A stretch of DNA of 64,000 nucleotides, taken from an uncultured Armatimonadetes bacterium (GTDB lineage Bacteria; Armatimonadota; Hebobacteria; Hebobacterales; Hebobacteraceae). The position numbers and the translations under genes were made by a program. Under the pieces are notes generated by a model, which ran no database searches, had not been told where the DNA came from, and worked only from the letters and a program-made list of their open reading frames with translations. Position 1 is the stretch's first letter. Every line of letters starts with the position of its first letter. Of this stretch, positions 39,923-50,047 are shown piece after piece. The stretch spans positions 1,792,001 through 1,856,000 of the forward strand of contig OY970296.1 in the NCBI GenBank assembly GCA_963716175.1, written 5' to 3'.

Positions 39923-41209
39923 TCACGCCAGCGCGCGCCGGCCGATGTCAGTCCGCCAGTGCGCGCCCTCGAAGCTGATCGCGCGCACGCCTTGATAGGC
40001 GGATTCAATCGCCTGCGGGATACCCTCTCCCAGTCCGGTCACGCCCAGCACCCGGCCCCCCGCGGTCACCGTGCCATCATCGGTCTGCTTGGTGCCGGCG
40101 TGGAACGCTACCACCCGCGGCCGGTCAGCCAGGGCCTCCAGGCCGTGAATCAGTTTCCCCGTCTCGTACTCCCCCGGATAGCCCCCCGAGGCCATCACCA
40201 CACACACCGCGGCGCCTGCTTCACGCGCTTTGGGGCTGGAGGGGAGTTCGCCCTCTACTGCCGCCTCCAGCACGTCCAACAGATCCGCCTGCATCCGCGG
40301 CAGCACTACTTGCGACTCCGGGTCGCCGAAACGGCAGTTGAACTCCAGCACTTCGAGCCCTTCGTCCGTCAAGATCAGCCCGGCGTAGAGGCAGCCCACG
40401 TAGCGCCGCCCCTCTGCCGCCATCGCCCGAATCGCGGGCTCCAGGATCGTCTCCATCGCTTGCCGCCGCAGCTCTTCACTCAACACAGGCACGGGGGAGT
40501 AGGCGCCCATGCCTCCTGTGTTGGGGCCTTGGTCGCCATCGTTGATGCGCTTGTGATCCTGAGATGCCGGCAGGGGGTAGAGCCGCTCACCGTCCGAAAG
40601 CGCCATCAGCGTTATCTCTGGGCCCTCCAGGTACTCTTCGATCAGCACCCGCTGACCGGAGTCGCCGAACGCACCGCGCACCATGGCCTCGCGGATCGCC
40701 TCCTGGGCCGCCTCCCTACTCTGGGCGATGGTCACGCCCTTGCCCGCTGCCAGACCGTCCGCCTTCACCACGATCGGGGGGTCCTGATCCTCCACGTAGG
40801 AGAGCGCTTCCTCCGGCTCGGTGAACGAGATGAAGCAGCCGCTCGGGATCTCGTATTTGGCCAACAGCTCTTTGCACCAGATCTTGCTGCTCTCCAGCAG
40901 CGCGGCCCCTCTGGTGGGGCCGAACACGCGGAGCCCGCGGCCCTGGAACACATCCGTGATCCCTCCCGCCAGCGGGGCCTCGGGCCCCACCACGGTCAGG
41001 TCTATCTTTTCCTGCTGCGCGAAATCCGCCAGGGCTGGGAAATCGGAGACCGGGATCGGCACACAGGTGGCCTGTTGGGCGATCCCGGCATTGCCGGGCG
41101 CGCAGAAGATCCGCTCCGCGCGAGGGCTCTGCGCCAGCTTCCACACCAGCGCGTGCTCGCGCCCGCCCGAGCCCACCACCAGCAGACGCAGCCGCGAGGT
41201 CATGTCCAC
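39923..41209 (-). CDS. purD: Phosphoribosylamine-glycine ligase
   Basis: GSGGREHAL, KADGLAAGKGV, QDHKR, GPNTGGMGAY, EFNCRFGDPE motifs. Confidence 0.97.
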   Translation of the reverse strand: MDMTSRLRLLVVGSGGREHALVWKLAQSPRAERIFCAPGNAGIAQQATCVPIPVSDFPALADFAQQEKIDLTVVGPEAPLAGGITDVFQGRGLRVFGPTRGAALLESSKIWCKELLAKYEIPSGCFISFTEPEEALSYVEDQDPPIVVKADGLAAGKGVTIAQSREAAQEAIREAMVRGAFGDSGQRVLIEEYLEGPEITLMALSDGERLYPLPASQDHKRINDGDQGPNTGGMGAYSPVPVLSEELRRQAMETILEPAIRAMAAEGRRYVGCLYAGLILTDEGLEVLEFNCRFGDPESQVVLPRMQADLLDVLEAAVEGELPSSPKAREAGAAVCVVMASGGYPGEYETGKLIHGLEALADRPRVVAFHAGTKQTDDGTVTAGGRVLGVTGLGEGIPQAIESAYQGVRAISFEGAHWRTDIGRRALA

Positions 41210-41215
41210 ACCACT

Positions 41216-41641
41216 TCAGGGACGGCCATTCTTCGGCCCAGAGACATCATCGCCGGCCTCCGGTTTCCGCTCGGCCTGCTCTTCCCGCTCCAGGTCGCTC
41301 TGCATCATTGCCAGAACGGCTTCCTCGGCTGCCCGGTGCCCCTCCTGTATCTCGCGGATGCGGCGAACTGTTTCCTGGGCGGCTGCCACCACCGCCAGCA
41401 GGAAGGCGACGATACACACCACGAGAAAGGCCTTCGCCGCCACCGCGGCCCCAGCATGGGCCAGGCCCATCTCCTGAGCCACCCGCACCCGGTCCACGGC
41501 CAGCAGATAGCCGGACACCGCCAAGAAGGCCAGCCCGAGCCACCCCAGATAGGCGCGATTGCGAAACGCGGTGACCCACCCGGCCAGCATGGAGAGCCCG
41601 ACCACAATGGTAAGGCTGGCGGCGAGGCGGGGAGTGAGCAC
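41216..41641 (-). CDS. Hypothetical membrane protein (3 TM segments, charged tail)
   Basis: Hydrophobic segments; fills the dnaB-purD gap on the same strand; start approximate. Confidence 0.7.
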   Translation of the reverse strand: MLTPRLAASLTIVVGLSMLAGWVTAFRNRAYLGWLGLAFLAVSGYLLAVDRVRVAQEMGLAHAGAAVAAKAFLVVCIVAFLLAVVAAAQETVRRIREIQEGHRAAEEAVLAMMQSDLEREEQAERKPEAGDDVSGPKNGRP

Positions 41642-41642
41642 G

Positions 41643-43025
41643 TCACTCGCCCTCAGGGGGAGCGAAGCGCTCCTCGAGACTCTCGAACCGCACGTACTCA
41701 TCCAGCCACGAGAGACGCACCACCCCGGTGGGCCCGTTGCGCTGCTTGGCCACGATGATCTCGGCAATATGGCGGTCACTCTCGAGATAGCCGGCGGCGC
41801 GCAGCTCCTGGTCGCCATAGTAGGCGGGACGGTAGATGAAAGCCACCACGTCCGCCTCCTGCTCGATCGATCCGCTTTCCCGCAGGTCGGAGAGCAGCGG
41901 CCTGCGGGGATGGCCCCGCGCCTCCACCGCCCGGCTGAGCTGGGACAGAGCCACGATCGGCACTCTCAGCTCGCGGCCCAGCGCCTTCAGTGCCCGCGCC
42001 ACCTGGGAGATCTCCTGGTTGCGGTTCTCGAAGCGGCCGTACCCGGACACGAGCTGGAGGTAGTCCACGATGATCAGGCCCAGGCCGTGCTCGGCCCGCA
42101 GCCGCCGCGCCTTGCCCCGCATTTGCAGCACAGTCATGGTGGCGGTATCGTCCAGGTACATGGGGGCCTTGTAGAGCTCGCTGGCGGCGATGGCGATGCG
42201 ATCCATGTCGCCCCGCTCGAGATAGCCCTGCCTGACGCTCTGCTGGTTCACCCGCGCCTCCGAGCAGAGCAGGCGGAGGGCCAACTGCTCCTTCGCCATC
42301 TCCAGGCTGAAAAGGGCGACGGTCTTGTTCTGGGTCCTGGCCACGTAGCTGGCGATGTTCGCCGCCAGGGCCGTCTTCCCCATGGAGGGGCGAGCCGCGA
42401 TCACCACCAGGTCCGAGGGCTGCAGCCCCGAGGTCAGGCTGTCCAAGTCGTCGTACCCGGTGCTCAGGCCCGTGCCCGGCCGGTGACTCTCCTGCATCTC
42501 GTCAATGCGATCATAGGTCTCGCCCAGCAGATCGCGGATGGGGGTGAAGGCCGGGGTGATGGTGCGCTCGCCGACTGAGAACAGCTCCTGCTCACACCGG
42601 TCCACGATGGCTTCCACGTCCTCGTCGCCCGGCGACTGGGCCAGCTCGCGGATTTCCCCAGCAGCCCGGATCAGCCCCCGCAGGGTGGCCTTCTCGCGCA
42701 CGATGCGGGCGTAGTGGGCGACACCCGCGGCGGTGGGGGCGGCCTCCTGCAGGGTCAGCAGATAGGAGGTGCCGCCGACCTGCTCGAGCTGGCCGCGATC
42801 CTGCAACCGCGCCTGGAGCGTCACCAGATCCACTGGCTCGCTGTCGTTGAACAGGTCCACCATGGCGCGGTAGAGCATCTGATGCTGCGGGTTGTAGAAG
42901 TCATCTGGCTCCAGCAGGTCCACCACCCGCGCGATCGCCTCCCGCTCCATCAGCATTGCGCCCAGGGTGGCCTGCTCGGCCTCCAGGCTCTGCGGAGGGA
43001 TACGTTCCAGCAGCGGCGCGCTCAT
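41643..43025 (-). CDS. dnaB: Replicative DNA helicase
   Basis: PP.S.EAEQ, AARPSMGKT, DYLQL, LSQLSR, SDLRESGSIEQ, KQRNGP motifs; no intein. Confidence 0.97.
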   Translation of the reverse strand: MSAPLLERIPPQSLEAEQATLGAMLMEREAIARVVDLLEPDDFYNPQHQMLYRAMVDLFNDSEPVDLVTLQARLQDRGQLEQVGGTSYLLTLQEAAPTAAGVAHYARIVREKATLRGLIRAAGEIRELAQSPGDEDVEAIVDRCEQELFSVGERTITPAFTPIRDLLGETYDRIDEMQESHRPGTGLSTGYDDLDSLTSGLQPSDLVVIAARPSMGKTALAANIASYVARTQNKTVALFSLEMAKEQLALRLLCSEARVNQQSVRQGYLERGDMDRIAIAASELYKAPMYLDDTATMTVLQMRGKARRLRAEHGLGLIIVDYLQLVSGYGRFENRNQEISQVARALKALGRELRVPIVALSQLSRAVEARGHPRRPLLSDLRESGSIEQEADVVAFIYRPAYYGDQELRAAGYLESDRHIAEIIVAKQRNGPTGVVRLSWLDEYVRFESLEERFAPPEGE

Positions 43026-43042
43026 CCCCAGGGTTCTCCTCT

Positions 43043-43507
43043 TCAGGCCTCGCCGGCCTCTTCCTCGGGCTCGACCTCAATCCGGAGCGTGGCCTGGACG
43101 TCCTGGTGCAGGTGAACGCTGGCCTCGTGGGAGCCGAGCATCTTGATGGGGTGGGGGAAAGTGATGCTGCGCCGATCCACTTCCAGGCCATGCTCGGCCG
43201 CCAGCGCCTCCGCCACCATGGCGTTGGTGATGGAGCCATAGAGCCGTCCCGCCTCCCCGGCCTTGGCCTTCAGCCGGAGGGTGATCCCGGCCACTCGCTC
43301 CGCCACCGTGGAGGCGGTGCGCGCCTCCCGCTGCTGCCGCACTTTGATCAGCGCGCGATGCTGCTCCAGGTTCTTGAGGTTGCCGGCAGTGGCGGCGATG
43401 GCCAGCTTGCGCGGGAGGAGGAAGTTCCGGGCGTAGCCGTCCGCGACCGTCGCCACCGCGCCGGCCTCACCGACGCCCTGGACGTTCTGCAGCAGGATAA
43501 CCTTCAT
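43043..43507 (-). CDS. rplI: 50S ribosomal protein L9
   Basis: [21 protein letters not shown] motifs. Confidence 0.97.
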   Translation of the reverse strand: MKVILLQNVQGVGEAGAVATVADGYARNFLLPRKLAIAATAGNLKNLEQHRALIKVRQQREARTASTVAERVAGITLRLKAKAGEAGRLYGSITNAMVAEALAAEHGLEVDRRSITFPHPIKMLGSHEASVHLHQDVQATLRIEVEPEEEAGEA

Positions 43508-43691
43508 CGCCGCCTCCGTGTGAGCCCCTGGTACCAGCCCCGCATTATACAGCCTCGCGGTGACAAGGGAAAGATTGAGCCGTTGAGGTAACTGCTTCCC
43601 CTCTGCTCTGCCGCGCGCCTCCCCCCGCGCAATGGCCTTCGCTCGCGGCGCGCGATCTCCTTTCCGCCCTCTGCCTCATCCCGCGGTCCGC

Positions 43692-44135
43692 TCAGGGATA
43701 GGGAAAAGAAGGAACGCCGCCGATGAACACCACTTTCCAGGCACCCTCTTCCCTCACCAGAGTGAAGCCCGCCTCGGCCGGGTCTTCGACCAGCGGGACC
43801 GTCACTATGACCCTGCCCTCTCCGCTCGTCTTCTCGCTCGCACCTGCCAGATCATAGCTGGGCACACCACTCTTCTCACTCAGGGAAACGAACTCTTCAT
43901 AGGGGTGGGCCTGCTGGGAGGCGCTCGAGAGATGACGGTAGGCCGCGAGGAAATCCTTCTTCTCGAGCGCGCCCAGGTAGGCGGCCACCACCTGGGTCGG
44001 CGAGCTGGACTGCGGCTTCGGCGGAGGGGTCGGCGCGGGCGCCCGGGGCGGCTGAGACATGGGGTATCTGAGGATGGCCACCACCACGACGGCGGCCGCG
44101 ATCAGCAGGATGAGCAGGGCGAGACGCGTCCTCAT
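43692..44135 (-). CDS. Hypothetical membrane-anchored protein (NTF2-like)
   Basis: N-terminal TM, Pro linker, LVREEGAWKV; overlaps the larC stop. Confidence 0.7.
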   Translation of the reverse strand: MRTRLALLILLIAAAVVVVAILRYPMSQPPRAPAPTPPPKPQSSSPTQVVAAYLGALEKKDFLAAYRHLSSASQQAHPYEEFVSLSEKSGVPSYDLAGASEKTSGEGRVIVTVPLVEDPAEAGFTLVREEGAWKVVFIGGVPSFPYP

Positions 44136-45313
44136 GCGGCTCCCCCCTGCGGCCGGCCCGCGCCAAAGGCTTGCTGGGCCGCCTGGTAGACGGCCTTCAC
44201 CGGCACCCCGGCCTGCTGCGCCAGCCGCCGGCAGTCCTCGTACTCCGGAGCCGCGGTCACGATCTCAGGCCCGATTTTGCCGACCTTCACCCGCACCCGA
44301 CCATACTGGGTCTCGACCTCTCGCCATTCCCGCTCCAGGCACCGCCGCGAGACCTGGTAGCGCCGCACGCCCAGGGTCGTGGTCTCCCGGAAGATGATCT
44401 CGCTCAGGCCATCCGCCAGGGCCGGCTCGGCGAGCACCGATACCAGCGCCGCCGGCCGCGACTTCTTCATCACGATGGGGGTGTAGAAAACATCCAGGGC
44501 GCCGGCCGCGAAGAGCCCATCCATGAGATACTCGAAGAACTCCGGGTTCATGTCATCGAGGTTCGTCTCCAGCACCACCAGGCCCTGCTCCAGGAGCTGT
44601 GCTCTGGTCTCGCCGACGAAAATGCGGAGCAGGTTGGGATGAGGGAGATCGCGGCTGCCCGCGCCACAGCCGACCCTGCGCACGGTCATGGCCGGCATGG
44701 GCCCGAAGGACCGGCAGATGGTGGTGAGAATCGCGGCGCCGGTGGGAGTCACCAGCTCCGCCTCCACCGGGCCGCCGTAGACTGGAACCTCCCTCAGCAG
44801 CTCTGCTGTCGCGGGCGCGGGCACCGGCAGGCGGCCATGTGCGGTCTCCACCCAGCCGCCGCCCAATGGCAGGGGCGAGGCGTGCACCTCAGTGATGCTC
44901 AGGCGATGCAACCCGCAGCAGGCCCCGACCACATCCACGATCGCGTCCACCGCGCCCACTTCGTGGAAGTGGATCTCGTCCAGCCGCCGGTTGTGAACCC
45001 GGGCCTCCGCCTCTGCCAGGCGTGTGAAGGCCCTGCTCGCGGGCTGGGCAACCTGCTGGGGCAGGCTGGCGCGATCAATGATGCTGAGGATGTCCTGCAG
45101 GCCCCGGTTCACCTGCTCGGGGCCAACCGAAACCACCGCCCGCGTGGCCGCAAGGCCCTGCCTGGTGACCTTCTCCGCGGTCACCTCATAGCCGGACAGG
45201 GGTAGACGCGCGAGGTCGGCGCGGAGGTCGTCCAGTGACAGCCCGGCGTCGAGCAGCGCGCCCAACAGCATGTCGCCGGAGATCCCGGAGAAGCAGTCGA
45301 GGTAGGCGATCAC
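44132..45313 (-). CDS. larC: Nickel-pincer cofactor nickel-insertion protein
   Basis: DCFSGISGDM.LGAL, HFHEVGAVDAIVD, TPTGAA, ETNLDD, MKKSRP, PEYEDC motifs. Confidence 0.95.
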   Translation of the reverse strand: MIAYLDCFSGISGDMLLGALLDAGLSLDDLRADLARLPLSGYEVTAEKVTRQGLAATRAVVSVGPEQVNRGLQDILSIIDRASLPQQVAQPASRAFTRLAEAEARVHNRRLDEIHFHEVGAVDAIVDVVGACCGLHRLSITEVHASPLPLGGGWVETAHGRLPVPAPATAELLREVPVYGGPVEAELVTPTGAAILTTICRSFGPMPAMTVRRVGCGAGSRDLPHPNLLRIFVGETRAQLLEQGLVVLETNLDDMNPEFFEYLMDGLFAAGALDVFYTPIVMKKSRPAALVSVLAEPALADGLSEIIFRETTTLGVRRYQVSRRCLEREWREVETQYGRVRVKVGKIGPEIVTAAPEYEDCRRLAQQAGVPVKAVYQAAQQAFGAGRPQGGAA

Positions 45314-46071
45314 CGCCCCCGCTCCCGCTTCATCAACAAAGCCGCGAAATAGCCGGCCCCAAACCCATTGTCAATGTTCACCACCGTCACCCCGGCGGCG
45401 CAGGAGTTGAGCATGGTGAGCAGGGCCGCGAGCCCCTGGAAGCTCGCTCCATACCCGACCGAGGTGGGAACCGCGATCACCGGCGCCGACACCAGGCCGC
45501 CCACCACGCTCGCCAGCGCCCCCTCCATGCCGGCCACCACGATGATGATGCCCGCCCGCGCCAGCGCCTCCTGGTGGCCGAGCAGGCGATGCAGGCCGGC
45601 CACGCCCACATCGTGGATGCGCTCCACCCGGCAGCCCATGGTCTCGGCAGTCACCGCCGCCTCCTCGGCCACCGGAAGGTCGGCGGTGCCCGCGGTGACC
45701 ACCGCCAGCGGCCGCGCCCGCGGCGAAGGCCGGGCCGGCTTGCCGATCACTATGATGCGCGCGGCCTCGTGGTAGACCGCGCCCGGAAAGGCCTCCGCCG
45801 CGGCGGCGTAGGTCTCATTGGAGCAGCGCGTGGCCAGCACCACGTGGTGGCGCTTGGCGATCTGCCGGGCGATCTTGATCACCTGGTCATCGGTCTTCCC
45901 GGCGCAGTAGATCACCTCCGGGAAGCCGGTTCGCAGCTCGCGATGGTGGTCCACCTTGGCGAAGCCCAGGTCCTCGAAGGGCAGGGAGCGCAAGCGCTCC
46001 ACCGCCTCTGCCACCGCCACGCGCCCGGCGCGGACGTCGCGCAGCAACCTGGAGAGCTGCCGCTCGGTCAC
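45310..46071 (-). CDS. larB: Nickel-pincer cofactor carboxylase/hydrolase
   Basis: DHHR..RTGFPE, AGMEGAL, PTSVGYG, NSCA.G..VVNIDNGFGA motifs. Confidence 0.95.
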   Translation of the reverse strand: MTERQLSRLLRDVRAGRVAVAEAVERLRSLPFEDLGFAKVDHHRELRTGFPEVIYCAGKTDDQVIKIARQIAKRHHVVLATRCSNETYAAAAEAFPGAVYHEAARIIVIGKPARPSPRARPLAVVTAGTADLPVAEEAAVTAETMGCRVERIHDVGVAGLHRLLGHQEALARAGIIIVVAGMEGALASVVGGLVSAPVIAVPTSVGYGASFQGLAALLTMLNSCAAGVTVVNIDNGFGAGYFAALLMKRERGR

Positions 46072-46132
46072 AGCCGCGGTCCTGTTGGGTGGGCATACCC
46101 AGGCCCGCCTGTTGTCACGTTCTGCCAGCCCT

Positions 46133-46792
46133 TCACCCCAGCGCCTCCCGATACTCCCTCAACCTTTGGCTGACGGGCCGGTGGTTGAACAGACCCGCAC
46201 CAGTGACAAAGTCGCTGGCGCCCACCTCGGCCAGGGATTTGATATTCTCGGGCGCCACTCCCCCATCCACCATGATCCTGATCTCGCGCTGCGTGTGCGC
46301 CAGCAGCTTGCTCAGAGCCTCGATCTTCCGGATGGAGGCGGGGATGAACTCTTGCCCCGAGAAGCCGGGGTTGACCGACATCACCAGCACGTACTCGATG
46401 TCATCCAGCACCCACTCAATCGCCTCTATCGGGGTGGCCGGGTTGATCGCCACCCCTGGCAGCGCGCCCAGGCCTCTGATATGAGTCAGCGACCTCTGCA
46501 AGTGGCCGCCGATCTCGGGGTGCACGGAGACCCGGTTGGCGCCGGCCTCGATGACGGCCGGGGCCACCACATCGGGCTGAGTGACCATCAAGTGGGCGTC
46601 GAAGGGGAGATCGGTGAGGGGCCGCACGGAGCGGATGAAATCCGCCCCCAGGGTGATATTGGGGACGAAGTTGCCATCCATGACATCGAAGTGCAGCCCG
46701 TCCACGCCCGCCTGCACCACCTTCTCCACCTCGGCGGCGAGACAGGAGAGGTCACTGGCGATCATGGAGGGGAAGAGACGGCACTTTTGCAT
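46133..46792 (-). CDS. rpe: Ribulose-phosphate 3-epimerase
   Basis: HFDVMDG.FVPN, DAHLM, MSVNPGFSGQ, VDGG motifs. Confidence 0.96.
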   Translation of the reverse strand: MQKCRLFPSMIASDLSCLAAEVEKVVQAGVDGLHFDVMDGNFVPNITLGADFIRSVRPLTDLPFDAHLMVTQPDVVAPAVIEAGANRVSVHPEIGGHLQRSLTHIRGLGALPGVAINPATPIEAIEWVLDDIEYVLVMSVNPGFSGQEFIPASIRKIEALSKLLAHTQREIRIMVDGGVAPENIKSLAEVGASDFVTGAGLFNHRPVSQRLREYREALG

Positions 46793-46853
46793 ACTCGCCT
46801 CCGGTCACGGCGAACCTTCGACAGGCCGGAAGCACCGTCCTGCCTCCGCGGCG

Positions 46854-47912
46854 CTACCGGAGCGCCATCTGCGCGGCCAGCACGATCGCTTCCACCATGC
46901 TCGTCGGGTCGGCGAGGCCCTTGCCGGCAATGTCGAAAGCGGTGCCATGGTCAACCGAGGTGCGGATGATGGGCAGGCCGAGGGTGAGGTTCACGCCGCT
47001 GAAGCGTGCTCGACCTTTCTGCCGGGAAGAGGGGGGCGTGGGAACGCCCACCCTACACACCTCCGGCACGAAGCCGACTGTCTTCACCGCGATGTGGCCA
47101 TGGTCGTGCACCATCGCCACCACCGCGTCGAACTCCCCCGCGCGCTGCCGCGCGAACACGGTATCAGGCGGCAGAGGCCCGATGGCGTCAATGCCCTCGG
47201 CCCGCGCGTCGGCGACTGCGGGTGCGATCTCGCGAATCTCCTCATCGCCGAACAGCCCGGACTCGCCCGCATGTGGGTTGAGGCCGGCGACGGCGATGCG
47301 GCGGCGCGGCAACTTCATGCGCCGCAGGCCCTCATCCGTCAGCCGGATCACGGATAGCACCCGCTCTCTCTTCACGCGATCGCAGGCCTGGCGGAGAGAG
47401 AGGTGGGTAGTGACATGGGAGATACGCATGCTGCCAAGAACCAGCAGCATCGCCACCTCGCAGCCGCCGCAGAGCGAGGCCAGCATCTCAGTATGCCCGG
47501 GATAGGGCAGGCCGGCAAGCCGGAGCGCCTCCTTGTTGATCGGCGCGGTGACTATCCCGGCGACCTCGCCGCTCCGCGCCAGCTCGACCGCGCGGGTGAT
47601 GCACTGGGCCGCGGCGCGGCCTGCGGCGGCCGATACTCGGCCAATGGGGATGGTATCGGGGTCGGCGTTGGCGAGGTCGAGCAGACAGACTCGCTCCCGA
47701 TAGCGCCCGGCCTCCGCCGCACTCGTCACCACCCGGGCCGGGAACCGCCGCCCCAACACTGCGGCCGCCTGCCGCAGCACCCGAGCATCACCGAGCACCA
47801 GCGGGCGGCAGGCCCCGCGCACCGCGGGCTTTGCCAGCGCGGCCACCACCACCTCCGGGCCGATGCCCGCCGGGTCGCCCATGGTGATCGCCAGCAGAGG
47901 TCGCTCGCCCAT
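46854..47912 (-). CDS. pdxA: PdxA-family dehydrogenase (probably PdxA2, acid-sugar-phosphate dehydrogenase)
   Basis: GDPAGIGPE, GHTE, GLNPHAGE, HD.GH, IRTSVDHGTAFDIAG motifs; next to a DUF1537 kinase; in-frame REP insert. Confidence 0.92.
   Translation of the reverse strand: MGERPLLAITMGDPAGIGPEVVVAALAKPAVRGACRPLVLGDARVLRQAAAVLGRRFPARVVTSAAEAGRYRERVCLLDLANADPDTIPIGRVSAAAGRAAAQCITRAVELARSGEVAGIVTAPINKEALRLAGLPYPGHTEMLASLCGGCEVAMLLVLGSMRISHVTTHLSLRQACDRVKRERVLSVIRLTDEGLRRMKLPRRRIAVAGLNPHAGESGLFGDEEIREIAPAVADARAEGIDAIGPLPPDTVFARQRAGEFDAVVAMVHDHGHIAVKTVGFVPEVCRVGVPTPPSSRQKGRARFSGVNLTLGLPIIRTSVDHGTAFDIAGKGLADPTSMVEAIVLAAQMALR
47031..47056 (-). repeat. GTAG REP in frame inside pdxA (encodes CRVGVPTPP)
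   Basis: GTAG-GGTGGGCGT-TCCC-ACGCCCCCC; resembles the intergenic REP at 38905-38929. Confidence 0.8.
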
Positions 47913-49168
47913 CAGGCGGCTCCCTCGGCGCTGGCGCGCCGCCCCAGATAGTCGAGAAGCTGGACGACCGCTTGCTCGTCTCCCGCCGCGCCTGGCTTGA
48001 GGGCCACCGGGCGCCCGGCAAGATCGCCACTGACCGCCAAGCCCGCGGCCATCCCCGGCAGTGGCTCGTCCTCGATCTCAACCGCCTCCGTTCCCAAGGC
48101 CTCCAGCACAGCCTGCGCGGTGGACCCTCCGCCGACCAGCAGACCGCGCGCGCCGGCCTCCCTGATCACGACGAAGGCGAGATGGGCGAGGTGCTCCACC
48201 ACCAGCTCGACCGGCCGCTCCACCTCCGGCAGCGGCCCAGAGGCGTAGACGATCACATTCCGGCCCGCGGCCAGCTCGTTCGCGGCCGCCTCTATTGCTC
48301 GCCGCAGCTCTGGCACCGGCTGGTCCTCGCGCGTGAGGTTCTGGGAACGGAACGGGATGGTGGTGGAGCCTGCTCTGGCCGCGGCCCCGATCTGAAAAGG
48401 CAGCACCTCGCTGGAGCTGGCCAGCACCGCCAGCACCGGGGCCGCGCGCTCACCCGGCAACCTGCGAGAGGCCGGTAGGCCGAAGAGCCGGCGGCCGAGC
48501 GCGGCCGCCAACCCGGCGGAGCCGGCCAGCGCCGGCAGCGGGTCGAGGGAGAGCGCGACCTCTGCGATCAGGTCCAGATCGGCGTCCGTTTCCGCGTCCA
48601 TCACCAGCACACCGCGGCTGGGGAGGCTGGCATGGATGGCAAGTCTTCCCGCTCGTACCACCGACAGCGGGCACAAGAAGGTCTCCAGGTCCTCGCGCTG
48701 GCGGCGCAGCAGGGCCATCACGTCGGACTCGGTTACCGGCGCCTCGGGGTCACGCCCCATCTCGGTCTCGGCCACCGGAGTCTCGCACACCAGGCAGATC
48801 CCACCCACGATGGTCCGCTCCCGCGCCGGGAAAGCGGGTGCGAACAGAACCGGCCGTCCCACCGCATCCGCCAGCGCGGCCAGCTCCGCGCCGACGTTGC
48901 CGCGGAGGTTCGAGTCTACTTTGTTGTAGATCAGATCGGCTCCCGCCCCTGCCAGCGCGCCAATGCTGGTGTGCACGAGCTGGTAGACCTGATCCGGCGG
49001 GCAAGCGCGCGAGTTGGTGGTGACGGCGAACGCGCGTCGGCCCGGCGGCGTCCGCGGTGCAGCGTCCAACGACACCGCCGCCGGCGAGCCCGGCCGGGCC
49101 AGGGCGGCGGCGGTGTCAGCCGCACCGGTCAGGTCGTCTGCGGTGATGCCCACGGTCAGGTCGGCCAT
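47912..49168 (-). CDS. Four-carbon acid sugar kinase family (DUF1537)
   Basis: ADDLTGAAD, KVDSNLRGN, PAFP...R, DAETD.DL, GSAGLA motifs. Confidence 0.9.
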   Translation of the reverse strand: MADLTVGITADDLTGAADTAAALARPGSPAAVSLDAAPRTPPGRRAFAVTTNSRACPPDQVYQLVHTSIGALAGAGADLIYNKVDSNLRGNVGAELAALADAVGRPVLFAPAFPARERTIVGGICLVCETPVAETEMGRDPEAPVTESDVMALLRRQREDLETFLCPLSVVRAGRLAIHASLPSRGVLVMDAETDADLDLIAEVALSLDPLPALAGSAGLAAALGRRLFGLPASRRLPGERAAPVLAVLASSSEVLPFQIGAAARAGSTTIPFRSQNLTREDQPVPELRRAIEAAANELAAGRNVIVYASGPLPEVERPVELVVEHLAHLAFVVIREAGARGLLVGGGSTAQAVLEALGTEAVEIEDEPLPGMAAGLAVSGDLAGRPVALKPGAAGDEQAVVQLLDYLGRRASAEGAA

Positions 49169-49262
49169 CAGCGACCTGTTCGGCGCGGCGGCAGTCCTGA
49201 CCTGTCCCAGGGCAGGAGCAGCTTGTTCCGGCGACGAATTGTCGCGGCGGGACGGAGGCTCG

Positions 49263-49976
49263 GTGAGCGGAGATCTGGCGATCTTGTACCAGGTGCAGCA
49301 GCTTGACAGCGAGGCCGCCCGGCTGCGGGAGACGCTGGCCGCGCTGGACAGCGGCGAGGACCTGGAGGCCGAGGTGGCGGCAGCGGAGTCGGAGCTGGCC
49401 GCGCTGCTTGGGCGCCACCGCAGCACCGAGAAGGAATCGCTCGACTGTGAACTGGAGCTGAAGACCCTGGAGGAGAAGAAGGCGAAGTTTCAAGGCCAGC
49501 TCTACAGCGGAGCGATCAGGAACCCGAGACAGCTCTCCGACCTACAGGGCGAAGTGGAGATGCTGGCCCGGGAGATCGGGAAGGTCGAGGACCGGAGCCT
49601 GGAGCTCATGGATAGCCTGGAGCGGGAGCGGTCGGAGATCAGGGATAGGGAGACGCAGGTCGGCGAGATGCGGGAGCAGCTGGTCTCGGTGCGCACCAAG
49701 TACGAGGGCGCTGGGGCCCGGCTGCGGGCGGAGATCGGCGAACTGGAGCAGCGCCGCGGCGAGATGGCGGCCCAGGTTCCGCCTCAGCTGCTGAAGCGGT
49801 ACGAGCAGATCCGAGCGCGCCAGGGCAACCTGGGCTTGGTGAAGGTGACCGCGGATACCTGCCCCGGGTGCCGCATCGCCCTGCCGTCTGAGACGCTCAA
49901 GGCGCTCAAGGCCGGGACCCGGCTCAGCACCTGTGAGAACTGCGGGCGGCTTCTCTTCTGGGACGGCTCCGACTGA
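49263..49976 (+). CDS. Coiled-coil protein with a C4 zinc ribbon (DUF164 / CT398-like)
   Basis: L..VQQLD, long coiled coil, CPGC...CENCGRLL; SD GGAGG. Confidence 0.9.
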   Translation: MSGDLAILYQVQQLDSEAARLRETLAALDSGEDLEAEVAAAESELAALLGRHRSTEKESLDCELELKTLEEKKAKFQGQLYSGAIRNPRQLSDLQGEVEMLAREIGKVEDRSLELMDSLERERSEIRDRETQVGEMREQLVSVRTKYEGAGARLRAEIGELEQRRGEMAAQVPPQLLKRYEQIRARQGNLGLVKVTADTCPGCRIALPSETLKALKAGTRLSTCENCGRLLFWDGSD

Positions 49977-50047
49977 ACTGCCAGGCGGGGCGACCGCCCC
50001 TGTTGGGCAGGGGCTGGCGCCAGCCTTGGCGCCGACGGAGGACACCA

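Noticed and set aside
41643-43025. Intein in DnaB
   Set aside because: Normal length (460 aa) with contiguous motifs.
44132-45313. Programmed frameshift in larC, as in some lactobacilli
   Set aside because: A single uninterrupted ORF covers both LarC domains.
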